This document shows positions 17,385 to 35,869 of a stretch of 64,000 bases of DNA, in pieces. Both the position numbers and the translations under genes were made by a program. The notes under the pieces are model-generated. The model searched no databases. It was not told where the DNA came from and worked only from the letters and a program-made list of their open reading frames with translations. This stretch comes from Eledone cirrhosa (lineage: Eukaryota). Position 1 is the stretch's first letter. Each line of letters starts with the position of its first letter. Where the stretch lies: assembly GCA_964016885.1 (NCBI GenBank), contig OZ024747.1:64542001-64606000 (forward strand), read 5' to 3'.

Positions 17385-17469
<85 letters not shown>

Positions 17470-17576
17470 TATATACACATATATATATACACATATATAT
17501 ATACACATATATATATACACATATATATATACACATATATATATATACATATATATATATACATATATATATATAC

Positions 17577-17639
<63 letters not shown>

Positions 17640-17648
17640 TACATATAT

Positions 17649-17704
<56 letters not shown>
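17338..17704. repeat. (TA)n/TACACA microsatellite
   Basis: Read directly from the sequence. Confidence 0.95.
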
Positions 17705-17707
<3 letters not shown>

Positions 17708-20700
17708 GCTTCGTTGGGTATCTAGAACAATTTTATTGATTTTAACTGAAATTTAAGTTAAATACATATTAAATACATATTAATACTTGTCATATTTACA
17801 TATGTATTCATTTCCTCTTTTGTTCTAATAGACCTCTCATTATATATGTATATTTCAAAAATATATAGAATCTATTTCAACATGTGATATTCCGCTAGTC
17901 ATGCGGATAAAAATACCAATTACATTATTCTTATACATTCACACTTTCCCATATATATATATATATATTGGGGGGTGACAGCCATTCTATATCTAAACGG
18001 GGGACGTTTCAAAAAACTGAGTAATTACCTAATATTCGTATTAATAATGTGAACTGCGATATTCTAATGTAATGAAGCATACATTTATCCCCAGATGTAT
18101 TCAATGTACTTATCTTGACTTCATATTGAGGTTGCAGAGAAAAGGAATGTCATATTTCCCGCTCAACTCTTACGAGTCCAACTAGCTGTAATGATTTACT
18201 CTACTTGCAAACTGTTGATATAAATAAGTTTTTCTTATATCTACGAAATGTCAAACAATCTTAAGACATGAGTTCATTAAAACCATATATAAACATTAGA
18301 CTTGTCATTTATATTATGGACCCTGGAGATTCAACACGGTACTGTTTGAACTAAGATGGCGAAGATTATTTAGGCTTCTCTCATTTGCAAAATCCCTGTA
18401 AATACATTTACAGTCAATTGAATTGACATATATTAATAACATAAAGTTGGCACAAAGCCACATTTTAAGAGAGATAAAAATATCTATTATATCGTTAAAT
18501 AGTACTTGGCCAGTACTTTTCTTATCAATCCTATAAAGTTTAAGTGCAAATTTACCTCAATGGGTGTGAATTCAGAATCTAAATACCCATAACAAAATCC
18601 CGTAATAGTTTGCCCGACTCTCTAAAAATTATCCAAATTCAAAGCCACAGTTAACCGTGATAAATCGAACCAATATGGGAACATCTTTGCTGTTTCTGAA
18701 TCTGCTACATATCACACAATAACTCTGTAAAACAAAACAAAATCACGATGTACTGGATTCCGTAAAGGGTGGAGAGAGACGAGAAGGAGTACAACACATT
18801 ATTAGCAGTTACTAGAGTTAGTATGTGAGCTTTCATGTCATCAAACGACATACTATAAGCAGCGATTCTCTATCCTGTCTTATAAAGAAGTTACACTCCT
18901 CATAGATACGTGTAGAGCAAGTGAGGTAACTAACTTAAATAAATTCAATTTTATATATTTTCTCTCAGATCCGGCCTGGAGCTACAAAACAATAGAATCG
19001 ACTACAAAATGGTTTGAAATCAAAACACAGAGACTAGAAAGTTATGTACTTCGTGACATTTTAGTTAGGTTATCTTCTGTCCCTTATCAATCAAGTGACA
19101 GTTGTGATGATGATGGTGATAATCTCGACACTTATAATACATAAACAATAAGAAAGAGAATATTAATAATAACAAAGAACTATAACATAATGAAATAAAC
19201 TTTTGAGGAGGACATAGAATGAAATTATTTCTCTTCTTCTATAGTAGTATCTATGCTAGACTACATGCAATAATGTATAGGCGCAGGTCATCTGGGAAGC
19301 TTATCACTTTCCAACGTATAATTTAGCTGTAGGATATCGCCTGAACGAAGCAATTTCATGAAGGAATAAAGATTGAATTAACACTAAAATCGGTTACCAT
19401 AACGGCTGTATATAACATGAAACAATTCGTCTACTTTCACTAACACAGACACTAATACACACGATGAACAGAGAGAGAAGAGGAGAGAAGTGGTGGAAAT
19501 GGAAGAATTGAATGATATAATGAGATAATGAAAGATAACCTGAAAATAGGTGTAAAAGAGAGTGAATGAATGAGAAAGAGAGAGAAAAGATGTGAATATA
19601 AGAGAGATAAAATATCCTGTTAAAATTACCAGAAATGATTTATAGAAATGTTGCCAGGAAAAAATGATGCAAGAGATTATATTTCAATGTTATGAGTCTA
19701 AGAAATTATTTTTTTCTATTCCTATAATTTGTTCAGCTTTTTTGCATCGTAGATATAGAGTTATTATTATTTCACTACATAATTCAATAGAAATATTTTA
19801 ACTTACTCTCAGAACATTAGTTGGTTTTTCTTTATCGTTTCGGCAAAAAGTGATTCGTGTGTTCATTTATCTAATATATAATTGAATAGGTTCAGCAGGT
19901 CGGCAGAAATGAAATGAGGAGTGTTGTTACAGTAAATATGAAATACATAAAAGTATTTACTTAAGTCGTCCTACCTCAGAATACCTCATTAAATAAAGAT
20001 GGTATTTACTTTGCGCTCTACTCTCGTATAAGTTGGTAAAAAAAATCTAATGATACCTGATCAATTCCATCGATTAGAGTTATTTACCTTTGGAAGTTAT
20101 TAAGTAAATATTCAAATGTACCCAGTGCAATTATGTTAACTCAAGTAACAAGTGTATTAATGGTTACAAAAATCTAAGTTTCGTATAGCTCAATAAGAGA
20201 GGAAATGTCGTTAGACTTGAGAGCAGCCTAGAACGCATGAGACAACGTGGATATCATTTATGTCACTGAAAATCAAAACTTGTATTAAATTCCGGTTAAA
20301 AATTAATCCTAACTCCGAAAAAATGATAGTTATCTCCGAAGTACATACATATATTTCCCTCCTCTGAAACTATCCTACCATGGTGACATGATTGAATTGC
20401 TTTTGAACACAGAAGTCATACATTCGAGATACAATAAAGTTTGAACCAACCTTTCTGTGAATACCCCACCATAACAGAAACAGTAGTAGAATCTCTCCAG
20501 CATGGCGCCGTACAGTCATGAAACAGGAAGGATACATTCTATAATGGAATGGGGTACACCTAGATGCATTATATGTGATGCAAACCAAGATATCTTTACT
20601 GAAACACTAATCAGTAGGCCACTCACCTTCACTATTAAATTACCGTCAGTTACTTTAATTCTTGCCCCGCCACACACACACACACATCTCATTTGTCTTC

Positions 20701-20981
20701 GCTTTCTCTCTGCTAAATGTCTGATTCCAAATCATTACATGTACTCTTCACGATAATTGAATCATCGTAGATGGGGATTCCTTTCAATCTTAAGTCGTCG
20801 TTCCCAACAAGACAGTAAAGTAACACATTTTAAAATATTTGCTTAGTTACAAATGAAAATTTGTTTAAATATCTAGTGATTGACTGTTCTTGAAATCAGA
20901 AAATAATCATTACACTATTTAAAAAAAGATCCGTGTAGGTTCACACACCTTAATGGTCTGTCTCCTAATCCTGAAGAACAT

Positions 20982-21152
20982 ATTGGCAGTATCGGTAGAG
21001 TGTCTGACACCATGCTTTGTAGTATAGAGCTATGGCTCCGAGTTCAAATCCCGCCGAGGTTAACTTTGCCTTTCATCCTTACGAAGTCGATAGCATAAAG
21101 CACAAATAATGCACTGGGATAATTGCTGGCCTTGTGCCAAAATTAGAAACAA
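20982..21152 (+). mobile_element. tRNA-derived SINE, family 1
   Basis: A-box-like TGGCAGTATCGG, B-box GAGTTCAAATCC, body GAGGTTAACTTTGCCTTTCATCC; several copies in the window. Confidence 0.82.
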
Positions 21153-21685
21153 TTATATTTTTACCACAACAATGCCTAATTTTAGTTTTAAAAATATGAA
21201 GGGATATTGAAATACTTTAACATTGATACGACAGAATCAAATTCAAAGATAACTTATTCGTTGTCCCGACATTCCTGGTATATAAAAACATCATATGAAA
21301 TTGGCGATGATCGTAGAATAAAAGATTTATCTTGTGCAGCGTTTTCTTATGTTTATTGAAGGTAATTTATTTCCGTTCTAACAGCTAACGTAAAACCTAA
21401 AAAATGTTCGAAATTATAGGGGATCTACACGTAAGCAAATAAAACAGAATCCTTCATTCATCGATTACTAAATGTGTATGCAATAGTATTCATGTGTTTA
21501 ACATCAGCTAGAGCTATGTTTTAACATATCAGAAACGTCAAGGTTGTATTTTATATCACCTTTTCTGATATCGATTCGGAGATTCGGATTCTCAAGAATA
21601 GAAGGAAATTAAATTTCGTGACTGATGTTTTCTTTGTCACAAAAAAACAACAACTATTATTGGCTATGTATCCCCCCCCCCCCCC

Positions 21686-21732
<47 letters not shown>

Positions 21733-22972
21733 TGAGTAAGTGTGTGTGTTTACAGGGAATTTGTATTTATTTCGTTACTATCCACGTACGAAACAGCAGC
21801 CTACCCATCAATTGCAACAAATAAACATGTAAGTTATAAAATCGCTTTCATCAAAAACGTGTTTTCTCGGCAGTTTTCCTAATTTCGCTGTTCAACGTTG
21901 AAGCTATGTTGCCATGGATAGATGCATGATTGTGATCAAAAGAATTCAAATAAAGATAACACTGACAAAATGATCTCTGATACCAGTTTTGGAATAGTTT
22001 ATTATTATTACTATTATTTTAGGAACATAATTTTCCTTTTCTTAAATCAGCACACCTAAACGTCTCCAGATTGTCAAGATTAAAAGAAAGAAAGATTTAC
22101 TTGTCATCCTACTACATTGCCGAAAACGAATAAACATAAAACATAATTGGTATGTTCTTTCTTCCTCGGTATTTTCTTGATGAAGTAAATATTTTTCCTT
22201 GTATTTGCTTTGATCTGCTATTGTATGTTGGACTGAAATCAAGTGTATCGTGACAAAGTCACTCTAGTTTTTGCAGATATATATACTATAACCCTTTCGT
22301 TTACATATCTCTAACGAAATAACATATCTATAGTTGTATAGGTATTTGGAACATAATCAAGAATTTGAAATGATTTAATGATATCAAAAACTTTCTCGTG
22401 ATTAAACAGATGACTCGAATATATAAGAGATTCTATGATTGATGAGATTTAGATAAATATAAATGTTAAAAACTGTTTTGCATCATAGTACCAGGGGTTA
22501 TTTTCATTGTCGTTTTCCAATCAATATTTTGCAATATAAACATATATCTTAGTAGGTCTCGAATTATTTCGGCATGCTCCCATAATTTGACCATTTAAGA
22601 AAATGATCAGTAACAAACAGAAACCAGTCATTTAGCCTTCTCGTCTGTTAGTTACATATGCCATTTTTTGTCTTGAATAACTAGCTATCATTCTCCTTCA
22701 TTCCAGTTTCTTCTTACTTTCTGCAGTTTCTGCAGTTTCTTCTTACTTTCTGATAGTAGGTCTTGCAATAAATAACCATCTATCCCAGATTGTTTTCTGT
22801 TTTCAAAATCCACACATAGGAACACATACTCTGCTACATATGCCTTACAGAAATCATGTTCATACATTATTTGAAATCAATTAAATTGTGGAATGTTAGT
22901 AGCTGCTACAAAGTCACTACTGCTACAAAAACAAGGTTTTACTGTGTGGTCATTATCATCAATAACATAATA

Positions 22973-23160
22973 GGGTGGTGGATTAGCCCTATCGGTACAG
23001 CGTCGAACAACATGCTTTGTAGCATAGAGTTATGACACTTTACAGTTTGAGTTCAAATCCTGAGGTTAACTTTGCCTTTCATCCTTACGGGGTCGATAAA
23101 GTAAAGTACCAATAATGCACTGGGGTAATTTCTGACCTTGTGCCAAAAGTAGAAACAATT
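22973..23160 (+). mobile_element. tRNA-derived SINE, family 1
   Basis: GAGTTCAAATCC..GAGGTTAACTTTGCCTTTCATCCTTACGGGGTCGATAAA..GTACC. Confidence 0.82.
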
Positions 23161-24116
23161 ATTAATAACATAATTATTACTAGATGTAGCATAACATTAA
23201 TTTACATACACAAAACTGTCTTAATAAATTATTCGTTAGACAACGTGTTCTGGAGTTAACGCCATGCGACGTTCTTTCAAAATATAGTGATATATCCTAT
23301 ATATGGCTTGGAACCACTTCTGGCATATTATGTCACGTTACTCGATCAACATTGCACAGGCCGGCAGAAATCTACCTGTTTCGACTCGCTATCAATTAAA
23401 CAACGTATTGAAAATGTCAGACAGGGACTCGTTAGCATACAGTAGTGCATCAGTAGAAGCTTTAGCTTGAAGCAAATACAAGAGAAACTTCTCCAATTTA
23501 CACATTCTTGTGAACAAAATACAAAGAATTGATCTCATATGGATTCTCTCTAAGTAAATTCTTAATATCTACTGAGTATTTTAAAGAAATAAACATTCCA
23601 GCAAAGTTTATTTCAATAGACTTTCATAAAGAAACACATACAAAGGTTATTACAAACATTAGAAATTCATATTAAATGAGAAGATTCCTCCTATTACATT
23701 GCTGCATACATATACAGAGGAATAGTTTTCATTAAATAACCAGATATCATAATTGTACTAGTAGATTAAAATATTTGACAACACACACTTGCGATGTCAT
23801 TTTTCTGTTTATGGTGACATTAAAAACAGTTGTACTCATCACTACAAGGTCTTACTAAAATTATTAGGCTTCAACATTCGGAAAATATTGCAAGTGAAAA
23901 TCAAATGTCCAGCTTTCACTAAGGTGACATGGATGATATCGATATGTCAAATATATTACTCATAATAAACATGAGCCGCTACACAGGAAGGAAGCATATA
24001 ACCCATTGTTTCAATATAAAACTCCACTGGTTCGGATTGTATCGGTTACAAATTAATGTTAAAGTCGACCTCAGAAATATTAGATATTAAACTGTATACA
24101 TATATATATCTATAGC

Positions 24117-24272
24117 AATAATAAATTTGAAGACCAAAATCCAAAGAGGGCTCGATAAGGATAAATATATATCAAATATATAAGAACCGTAGAGCAAATA
24201 TTTATTAAAATAACAGATTAAAGTTTAAGCAAAGAATCGCTGCTTTCACCCTTAACGGGATCTTCTGAAACT
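24117..24272 (-). mobile_element. Short repeat with degenerate hammerhead (24222-24272); rearranged sister copy at 49370-49490
   Basis: Minus: AGTTT-CAGAAGA(U4>A)-TCCC GTTAA GGGT-GAA-AGCA(GCGATTCTT)TGCT-T-AAACT. AAATTTGAAGACCAAAATCCAAAGAGGGCTCGATAAGG is shared with 49.4 kb. Confidence 0.6.
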
Positions 24273-25379
24273 AACAAAGTTAATCTGTGAACGCAGAAAT
24301 GAATATTTCAAAAAACGTTGCAACCGGAGGAAGACAGGAAGACGATAATTTGGTTATATATATATTCAGAGCGTAAACGTATGACAGTAAATACTTCAAC
24401 GAATTTTGTCCACCATTGTAGCAATTCTCCACATCACCCTGTATTCATAATAGTGATTTCAAACATAAGTACAATGTCTCAAATATTGAGAGAGTGGTGC
24501 TATAGTCAATTAAAATAAAGGAAGTACTTAATTTGCACTATAATGTATTCACCATAGAAGAGTACATTGCAATGTTTACTACGTTAGAATTTGAATGTAC
24601 AACGTAAGGTCATGTTTTTAGGCGTGCTCTAAATTCTTGCAAATCAACTATTTTCACTACCTTAACAATACTTACACAACTGCATTGAAATTCAGAATAT
24701 TGAAGTCCCAGATACGCGGATTGGTGTACATTGGTTTCCGTTTAGCAACATATATATTCACACAATGATTATAACACATGTTTCTTCTAGTGTTATCGAT
24801 TACCTATTTGTACTTGGTTAAGATAATGTAAAAACGTTAAAATATAACAATGTAACTACCACACATTTATATATATATATATACACACACATACATACAC
24901 ATACATATATATATATATACATACATAAACACACATATATACACTCGCACGCACATATATACACACGCACACACACATACACACACACACACACATACAC
25001 ACACACATATATATATATATATATTGGGTGAAAGAATTAGAAAGATCAATGGTGCGATAGTAAGAAAGCTATCATGAAACCGGTGTGTGTCTAATAGATT
25101 CAGGTGAAACGATTGACACCAATATAGTAAAAGAGGAATAATGTGAAAAATAAATGGATGAAATAGAAATGATTGAAGTAGGACCAGTTATATATGTATA
25201 TATCGATGTGTGATAAAGGTTACGTACCCAGATTATTTGGCGAATCAATAATAATTTCTTGTAATGTAGCCACAATTTAGGCGTTGGAAAAGTTGTTTAA
25301 ATCTATCCAGGGAGTTGATTAGTATTATATTTTCTTGAAACTTTAAGGAGGAAAGTCAAAACTGAGCTCGTGGGATTTG

Positions 25380-25600
25380 ATGGGCATGTGGTTAGAATGT
25401 CTCAGGAAAAAATCGCTGGACAGATTTTACGGGCAAAAACCAACCGGCAGGAGACCAGCATGGGAGGAGACCTCGAGCATGGCTAATCTCGCCTGGGGAT
25501 CCATCCGGATCAGTTGGAGACGGTTGCTTCTGACAGGACTTGCTGGAAAAAAGTGATTTAGGATTCTGCCCCTACGATCCTTTCAGCAATAAGTTGCAGA
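25380..25600 (+). mobile_element. Decayed RTE LINE 3' fragment
   Basis: GHVVRMSQEKIAGQILRAK..PTGRRP..GRPR-like peptide with frameshifts. Confidence 0.65.
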
Positions 25601-26091
25601 AGAACACTTAGGAGAAGATGTACATAGAAGAAACATACGCCGCAACGCATATTGTCAAATTCTCTACCGATTTGTATAGGGTGCCACATTTTTAATGGCT
25701 CTAACTTTGGCAAAATATCGCCGATTTAGGCGTGGTTGTGTTAAGTCGATTATATCTACAGGTGTTTTTTGTTATCTTCAATCGATGTGATGTGAAGTTG
25801 AACTTGCTTGTGGGATTAGAATCGGAATATATATAATTTGTCGGTGGCTTTCATGAATCCAGTTACAAATATAATTCTAAAGTAACACAGGTGCAGATAT
25901 TGCATTAACATCGAGGTTCCCTACAGCTGTAGTGTATGTTAAATATATGCAGCTGCATATGAATCCAATTACCAATAAAATTCTAACGTTCCACAGGTGT
26001 ATATATTGCGTTAACAACGAACTTCTCTACAGCTGTAGTGTATATTAAACATAGTAGTTTAGCTGCATACATTTAGCAACATACTCTATTT

Positions 26092-26140
26092 AGATACTCT
26101 ATTTAGATACTCTATTTAGATACTCTACTTAGATACTCTA
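26092..26140. repeat. 13-bp minisatellite (ATACTCTATTTAG) x~4
   Basis: Read directly from the sequence. Confidence 0.85.
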
Positions 26141-27306
26141 TACATTTAGCAACATACTCTATTTGCGTCATATATCATATTCTTTAGGGTATTAGTTAAA
26201 ATATTTTTTGTTATTCTGCATATCATCCGTCCGTGGTCGACAAAATAATATACCAATCAAGTACGGGGGTAGATATTTACAACATCCCAATCGTCCGACA
26301 TTGCTCGCTGTTTCGCTAAACTAGAAACTATTAATATTATCAACCTTGTTTTATGCTTGCTTAGGGTCAAACCCTAACTAGTTGAGCAATTTCACGTTGT
26401 AATGTATCTCAATCATTGCGTCTCATACACACAAATGTTTATATACATACTAATAAGAGGACTTTCCCTGATTTTATATCAACGGAGGATAACAATTTCG
26501 AGCAGAAAACTTATGAGATTCAACCTTTGAATGGAAATGATTTAAGGGCCACATATTCATAATATATATAGTCAGTTGTCACCATAAATGCGATGGCCCA
26601 GTGATGTTTCCCCGGAGGACCAGTAATCTACAAAGCTATTGAGTACAAGTTAGGTTAAATAAATAAATTAATTAATGCACTGATTTAATGAAATATTTCT
26701 TACCAAACATTTGGGAATATGTACTAATGACATGTATATGTTAAAATACACATGTAATATAGTATGATTTCATGTGAAAATCATGATGAGATAAACATTT
26801 GGAAGCATGGAAAACTATATTCCGCAGCAGATATGAAATGACAAAATATTATATATAACAATATATTTCCTAACTAAATATTTGTAATAAACAAGAAACA
26901 ATACCATTTGAATATAATTATTGTTAACATAATTTATTTGAAATCAATATCTAAATATGAATATGCGAAATCATCATACTCATTGCACTATTATAGAGAG
27001 GATTATTTAATTAATCAACTAGGCGAGGGAAAAAATGAGGATTAAACTGAAAATTAACTAATAAATGCAGTTTAAAAACATGTTAGTAACCTGCAGACAA
27101 ATCGAATTACATTCTTCAAAGGATTCATTGATGTAATTGAAAAACATACGCTCAGATATGTTATTCATTGAAATAACACAATCACTCTTCCTTCATATCT
27201 TTCGTCTTTACTTCCATTCTTTCTCTCTTGCGGTTAGAATTTTAGTTTATTTTCTGTTTAAGCTGTAATATATCTCCATGATGGATTGGATGTTGTCGTA
27301 CATAAA

Positions 27307-27337
<31 letters not shown>

Positions 27338-27504
27338 CATATATATTTATTACACACACACATACATATATTACACACACATACATGCATATATTACACA
27401 CACATACATATAATACACACACATTCATACAATACACTCACAAACATACATAACACATATACATACAAATATAACACATATACATACATATATAACTCAT
27501 ATAC

Positions 27505-27559
<55 letters not shown>

Positions 27560-27599
27560 TTACACATACATACAGCTACAGACACGTATATACATATGA

Positions 27600-28032
27600 G
27601 TGTCTGTATGGATCAAGCTGCTCCTGTGCTTTACGCGAGGGAAATCTGGAAAAGCACGGCAAAGATAGAGAGACGGCTGAACACATTTCTCCAGCGGTGC
27701 CTGCGAAGAATCCTTCGTGTCATGGCGCGACCGAGTGCAAAGCGGAGAGCCTAGACATGGATGCTGCAGAGGTTGGTCACTGAGCTCCGGTGCCCCTGGC
27801 TGGCCATATTGTGCGCCTGCCCAATGAATGAAACTCGAAAACAGCGATGAACAGGACTCCACCTGCGGGAAAAAGAAGCAGGGTTGCCCCCGGATCACCT
27901 GGCGACGAACGTTCCAAAAAGACCTGGTGGCAGCCAACATCACTTGTCACGGACGCGAAAAAGCCGCTGCTGATTGTGACCGTTGGCGACTACTTACTGC
28001 TCGATGCAACAAAAGGCGCGGAAGAATCTACG
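27600..28032 (+). mobile_element. RTE LINE 3' fragment
   Basis: PVLYAREIWKSTAKIERRLNTFLQRCLRRILRV and PRITWRRTFQKDL..AAADCDRWRLLTARC, the RTE C-terminal motifs; TA-flanked. Confidence 0.85.
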
Positions 28033-28041
28033 AAAAATATA

Positions 28042-28100
<59 letters not shown>

Positions 28101-28446
28101 TGGGAGCAAGACTAACTGGATGTCAATCTGTGGCGCTAAAAATCCCATTCTTCATATCTAGAGTAAGGACAAGATAGAGCAATTACCTGGGACTCGAAAG
28201 TGCCCATCACTATAATTGCCTGCCAAACATCCTGGGAGATCAACTGTTGTAGCTATAGTTGTTTTCAAGAAACATCTTCACATTCTGCTTATCAAGATCC
28301 CAGATGAACCAACAGCATGAGACAATGAGCAAATAAAGGTACCAGAGACACCCCCCTCTTACAACAATGGCTAACCAAGGAAGACTGTTTATAGAACCTG
28401 TAGCGTCAATAGCGAAACGGCGTCACCAATCAATAAACGTAATGAA

Positions 28447-28541
28447 GGCTTGGATTGGCAGTATCGGTAGAGGGTCGGACACCATGCTTTGACGCATAGA
28501 GTTACGGCTCTTTCCATTCCCGCCGAGGTTAACTTTGCCTT
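28447..28541 (+). mobile_element. Truncated SINE, family 1
   Basis: TTGGCAGTATCGGTAGAG..CCCGCCGAGGTTAACTTTGCCTTT. Confidence 0.75.
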
Positions 28542-29119
28542 TAACTTTGACACTATTCATCATATTGTATCTTAATGAATGTTCTAAAGAATAGGAATAT
28601 AATTTCTTATTTAAACATTGTGTACGCTCCGAGTTAACCAGACAGTTCTCTGGAAGAAACGATCGTCAGCAATTAAATGTATTATGCAAAATATTGATTG
28701 TTTTATATTTTGTATATATATATATTTCGAGATTTCGAAAATGAAAGAGAAGAGGGGAAAGTGCAACATAGAGAGGGAAAGAGCAAGAGAGAGAGTTAGT
28801 GAGAGAGAGGGAGAGTTAGAGAAGGAGAGAGCGAGATAGGGGAGAGAGAGAGTGTTGGAGAGAAAGAAAGACTGAGTCACTTAGAAAAGAAATCTTGCTT
28901 CAGAAATTATAATATCTGTTCGGTTTGCAGAAATCGATGATTAAAATAAAAACATATACATCGATCGATCAACAATGTCAGAATAATCTTCTCCGAATGG
29001 AATGTCGATATCGAACACATTGATACATTTAGAAAATTAAAAATTCAGTGGATGCTTATATATAAATTTAGTGGTTATTTAAGTGATTGTATTGATGTTA
29101 CACACACACAGACACGATC

Positions 29120-30566
<1,447 letters not shown>

Positions 30567-31139
30567 AGAGAGAGACAGAGAGAGAGGGGGGTAGATGGGT
30601 TATGGTAGGTGGGATTTAAATGTGAATTACATTAACGTTTACTTTCGTGAAAAATTATTTAATTCGGCAGAATTGGCATGTTAAATACTAACATTTGTTA
30701 AAGCATTTGTGGAGCCAGTTAAAAAAATGAAGTGATGAAGTGATTTTATGACAATTTTGGAACGTAGAATTCTAACGTAGGAATGGTTTTGGTGAGTATA
30801 ATAAATCCTATATTAGAGGCAGTAGGTTAATTATGTATTTCAGTAAGTCTTCTCACTCAAACCTTAACAGAGCTACATGGTATTCGTGGGAGAGTTTATC
30901 ACATTTCTGGCAATAAAATGTGTATATTATGCTCGGAAATATAGTAAAGCAGATATTTTCGTTTGTATTTATATCAGAATATTCAGAATATATCGAATGT
31001 GAAGTTTATGAACAATCACAATTGATCAGATATTGAAGAAACTGGAGCATAAATTCGTACCTTAAGTTAAGTAAGGATGCAATCTATAATCATGTCTCTT
31101 CATATTACTAAATCACGATATAAATTTATTATCCATGTT

Positions 31140-31385
31140 TATGTCTTCATAGCATACACACAATACTGCATCTAAGGACGCCCAACCAAAAGGTTTGCTT
31201 GAAGTTTGCTAGCGAACATACTCCAACCTCTAGGTCATATATATGTCTGCATATCATTTATACACGTTATAAGTTTACGATCTATATTAATGTTTTCATA
31301 GTATAGATACACACAATAATTCATCTAAGGACGCCCAACCAAAAGGTTTGCATGAAGTTTCCAGCGAAAATACTCCAAGCTCTAG
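31140..31385. repeat. Diverged local direct duplication (~150-bp period)
   Basis: CATCTAAGGACGCCCAACCAAAAGGTTTGC occurs at ~31169 and ~31322. Confidence 0.8.
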
Positions 31386-31576
31386 CCCACACATATGATT
31401 TCTCCTCTAAATATCATCTCTACAATTATTAACATGCCTTATGCACGTTCTATCCAGTCGGTTTCCGGTTTCCTTTCACCTTTATGCAGATATAACGATA
31501 TTGTGTCCATTACTTCACATTCATCTATACACGAGTCATTCACCATTTCAAGAGTCACATTAACAGCTTCAATCCT

Positions 31577-33257
<1,681 letters not shown>

Positions 33258-33282
33258 CCACAGAATAAAAAATTTTATACAG

Positions 33283-33336
33283 AAATGGCTTCTACAGGAC
33301 TAAATGAAACAGTTCTAGTCCTGTAGAAGCCATTTT
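33283..33336. repeat. Small palindrome made from the 3' half of the ACAG-stem HHR family
   Basis: AAATGGCTTCTACAGGACTA..GAAACAGTTCTAGTCCTGTAGAAGCCATTT. Confidence 0.75.
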
Positions 33337-33761
33337 AATATATATATATATATATGGAATTGCTAACAATAATATTGAAAAGCTGCAAAGGTTCATGTGT
33401 AAATAAGATAAGTTTGTCTCTATATGTGTATGTGTACACATGTGCCTGTGTATGTGTACACATGTGCCTGTGTGTGTCATTTATACGTATCTGTCCTTTG
33501 TACGTATGTGTGTGAATAAGTGAATAATTTAATTTGCTCTCTTTTAGAATTGCACTTACCGTAGACATTTTTTTTTTCATAAACTGAATGTGTTGACTCT
33601 AGAGTGGAGTATCAGAGATTGTGTTAGAAATTGCTAACCCCACCACATACAAACAGAAAATATTTACTTTTAGTTATTGACAACAGAAAATAGAACACAA
33701 CTAAGGGAACAATGCCAAGTAATGGAGTTTTTTAATGTACACTACACACACATATATGTGA

Positions 33762-33798
<37 letters not shown>

Positions 33799-34648
33799 CA
33801 TACGTACATACATACATGTGTATAACACAACACAGTCTCTATGTATATTTTCGGAATTGATGTATTAACTATGAACAGTGAATAACGTGTGTAGTGTTTG
33901 CTAAAGGAATAAGATAAGAAAAAAAAAACATTGATTTGGAAACTACATTTTAAATGTATATATGTATACGTGTATATATGTGTGCGCGTGCGTGTGTGTG
34001 CAAAATTTATTTTTTTTCTCTCTGGTGCTGCCACTGTTTAAATCGTTTAGACTCTAGGTCTGATATTCTGTATACGAAATTTTCAAGTGATTTCCTTAAC
34101 TGCTCATTGAAAATACAGCTTCATGTATAATATATATATATATATATATATATAACTCTAATAAAATAAATAAATAATATATATATATATATATAACTCT
34201 AATAAAATAAATAATATATATATATATAATTAATAAAATAAATGATTATATATATATATATATACACACGCACATATATATATATATTCATTTTATTAGA
34301 GTTATATTTATATATATATACAGATATATATATATTCATTTTATTAGAGTTATATATATATAATCATTTATGTATATACAAATACACGTGCTTACCCTAC
34401 AAACTCGCAAGTATGTCTTCTTAAATACAAACTATTATATACACTCGTTTTTCCTTGGATATCTTCAAACAAACAAATGACCAAAAACTATTCACATCCT
34501 CAAACAACCAAACTCACATCCATAAGAGAGAATATATATATATATATATACGCGATTCTTTAATTTCTTCATATAACCGAAGTCTCATTCACGTATCAAA
34601 TAACAAATATCTTTAAACGCACACACGGATAATAATTTTTTTTTTTAA

Positions 34649-35825
34649 ATGACCACTGACCAGCAAGCCCACAACGGACGAAATTGGTCTGAAATGAAAT
34701 TGCCCTCTTAATAAACACATGGTTTTCTCTGTCACAAACATCAAACATTAACGCGGCATGTCTGAATGAAATTGCTGAAAAAACAGCCCAAACATTTACG
34801 ACGAGATCCGCTAAGCAGATACACAACAAACTAAAACACGTCGAAGTCTCTTTCAAACTAATTCAAAACCATTTTGAAAAACTTCGACATATTTACTCTA
34901 ATGGACAAACACAACAACAACAACAACACCAACAGCAAGAAAAACAACAAAAGCAACAGCCAGAAAGCCAGGAGCAACCACTACTGAATTCAAGCATAAT
35001 CGCCGACCTACTGAATGACAGTACCACTCAGACACTCACTCAGACATCATTATCGCCATCACCATCACCACCGTCACCATCTCCTGCCACACCAACTGCT
35101 AGTAATGGACCACTGCTCTCTCTCCCACCACAGTTGTCATCATCATCATCATCACCACCAATGCTTTCTTCCACCACATCACCACTATAGCCATGCCATA
35201 GTCAAAAGAACTATAAAAAAAAAGTTCTATGGAGCTGTATGCACCTCCCACTACACATACTAGAAACCCCCAAATATGCCGCTCCTCACTACGTCAGAGG
35301 CTATGCACACGTAGCGACTGTATATTTACCCATTTACCTGGTACTAGGCGCACTAACACTGCCAGCCATCACCAAAGCACGCTGCCTGCACATATAGGTC
35401 ACAGTCCCAAAATCTGCCAACATTCCCAACGTGAGAGGCTATGTCTGCTGACTGACTGTCCCTTCACTCATCTTCCTGGGACACAACGCACGAACAGAAA
35501 AGCGGCTTCATGCCAACCCACAAACCACAAAAAGCCACCCCCTGCTGCGGTAATGCTGCTCCAGTCTCCTCACAAAGACATGATTACAACAACAAAAACA
35601 ACAAAAGTAATGCTGCTCCAGTCTTGTCACAAAGACACAATTACAACAAATACAACAACAACAAAAGAGGGAACTGCAACCCTATCCAATGTTGTAACCA
35701 CGAATCCAATCAAAAACTGCTCCCTGAACAGAAAAAAAAATCTTTCTTTTTTAGCCATGAACCTGGCAAAAGAGATAGAGAAAAACATTTTAGCCATCAC
35801 CCAACACGAACCTTGCTGTCACTAA
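34649..35825 (+). pseudogene. LINE ORF1 remnant with polyQ/Pro-Ser low complexity and two C-x8-C-x4-C-x3-H motifs
   Basis: CRSSLRQRLCTRSDCIFTH and CQHSQRERLCLLTDCPFTH in ORF 35229-35825. Confidence 0.65.
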
Positions 35826-35869
35826 CACACAAAACAAGCCCCCTGCAACAGTCAAAACCAGCCACCACA

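Noticed and set aside
18925-18990. Plus-strand acceptor ttttctctcAG
   Set aside because: No convincing open exon or downstream donor.
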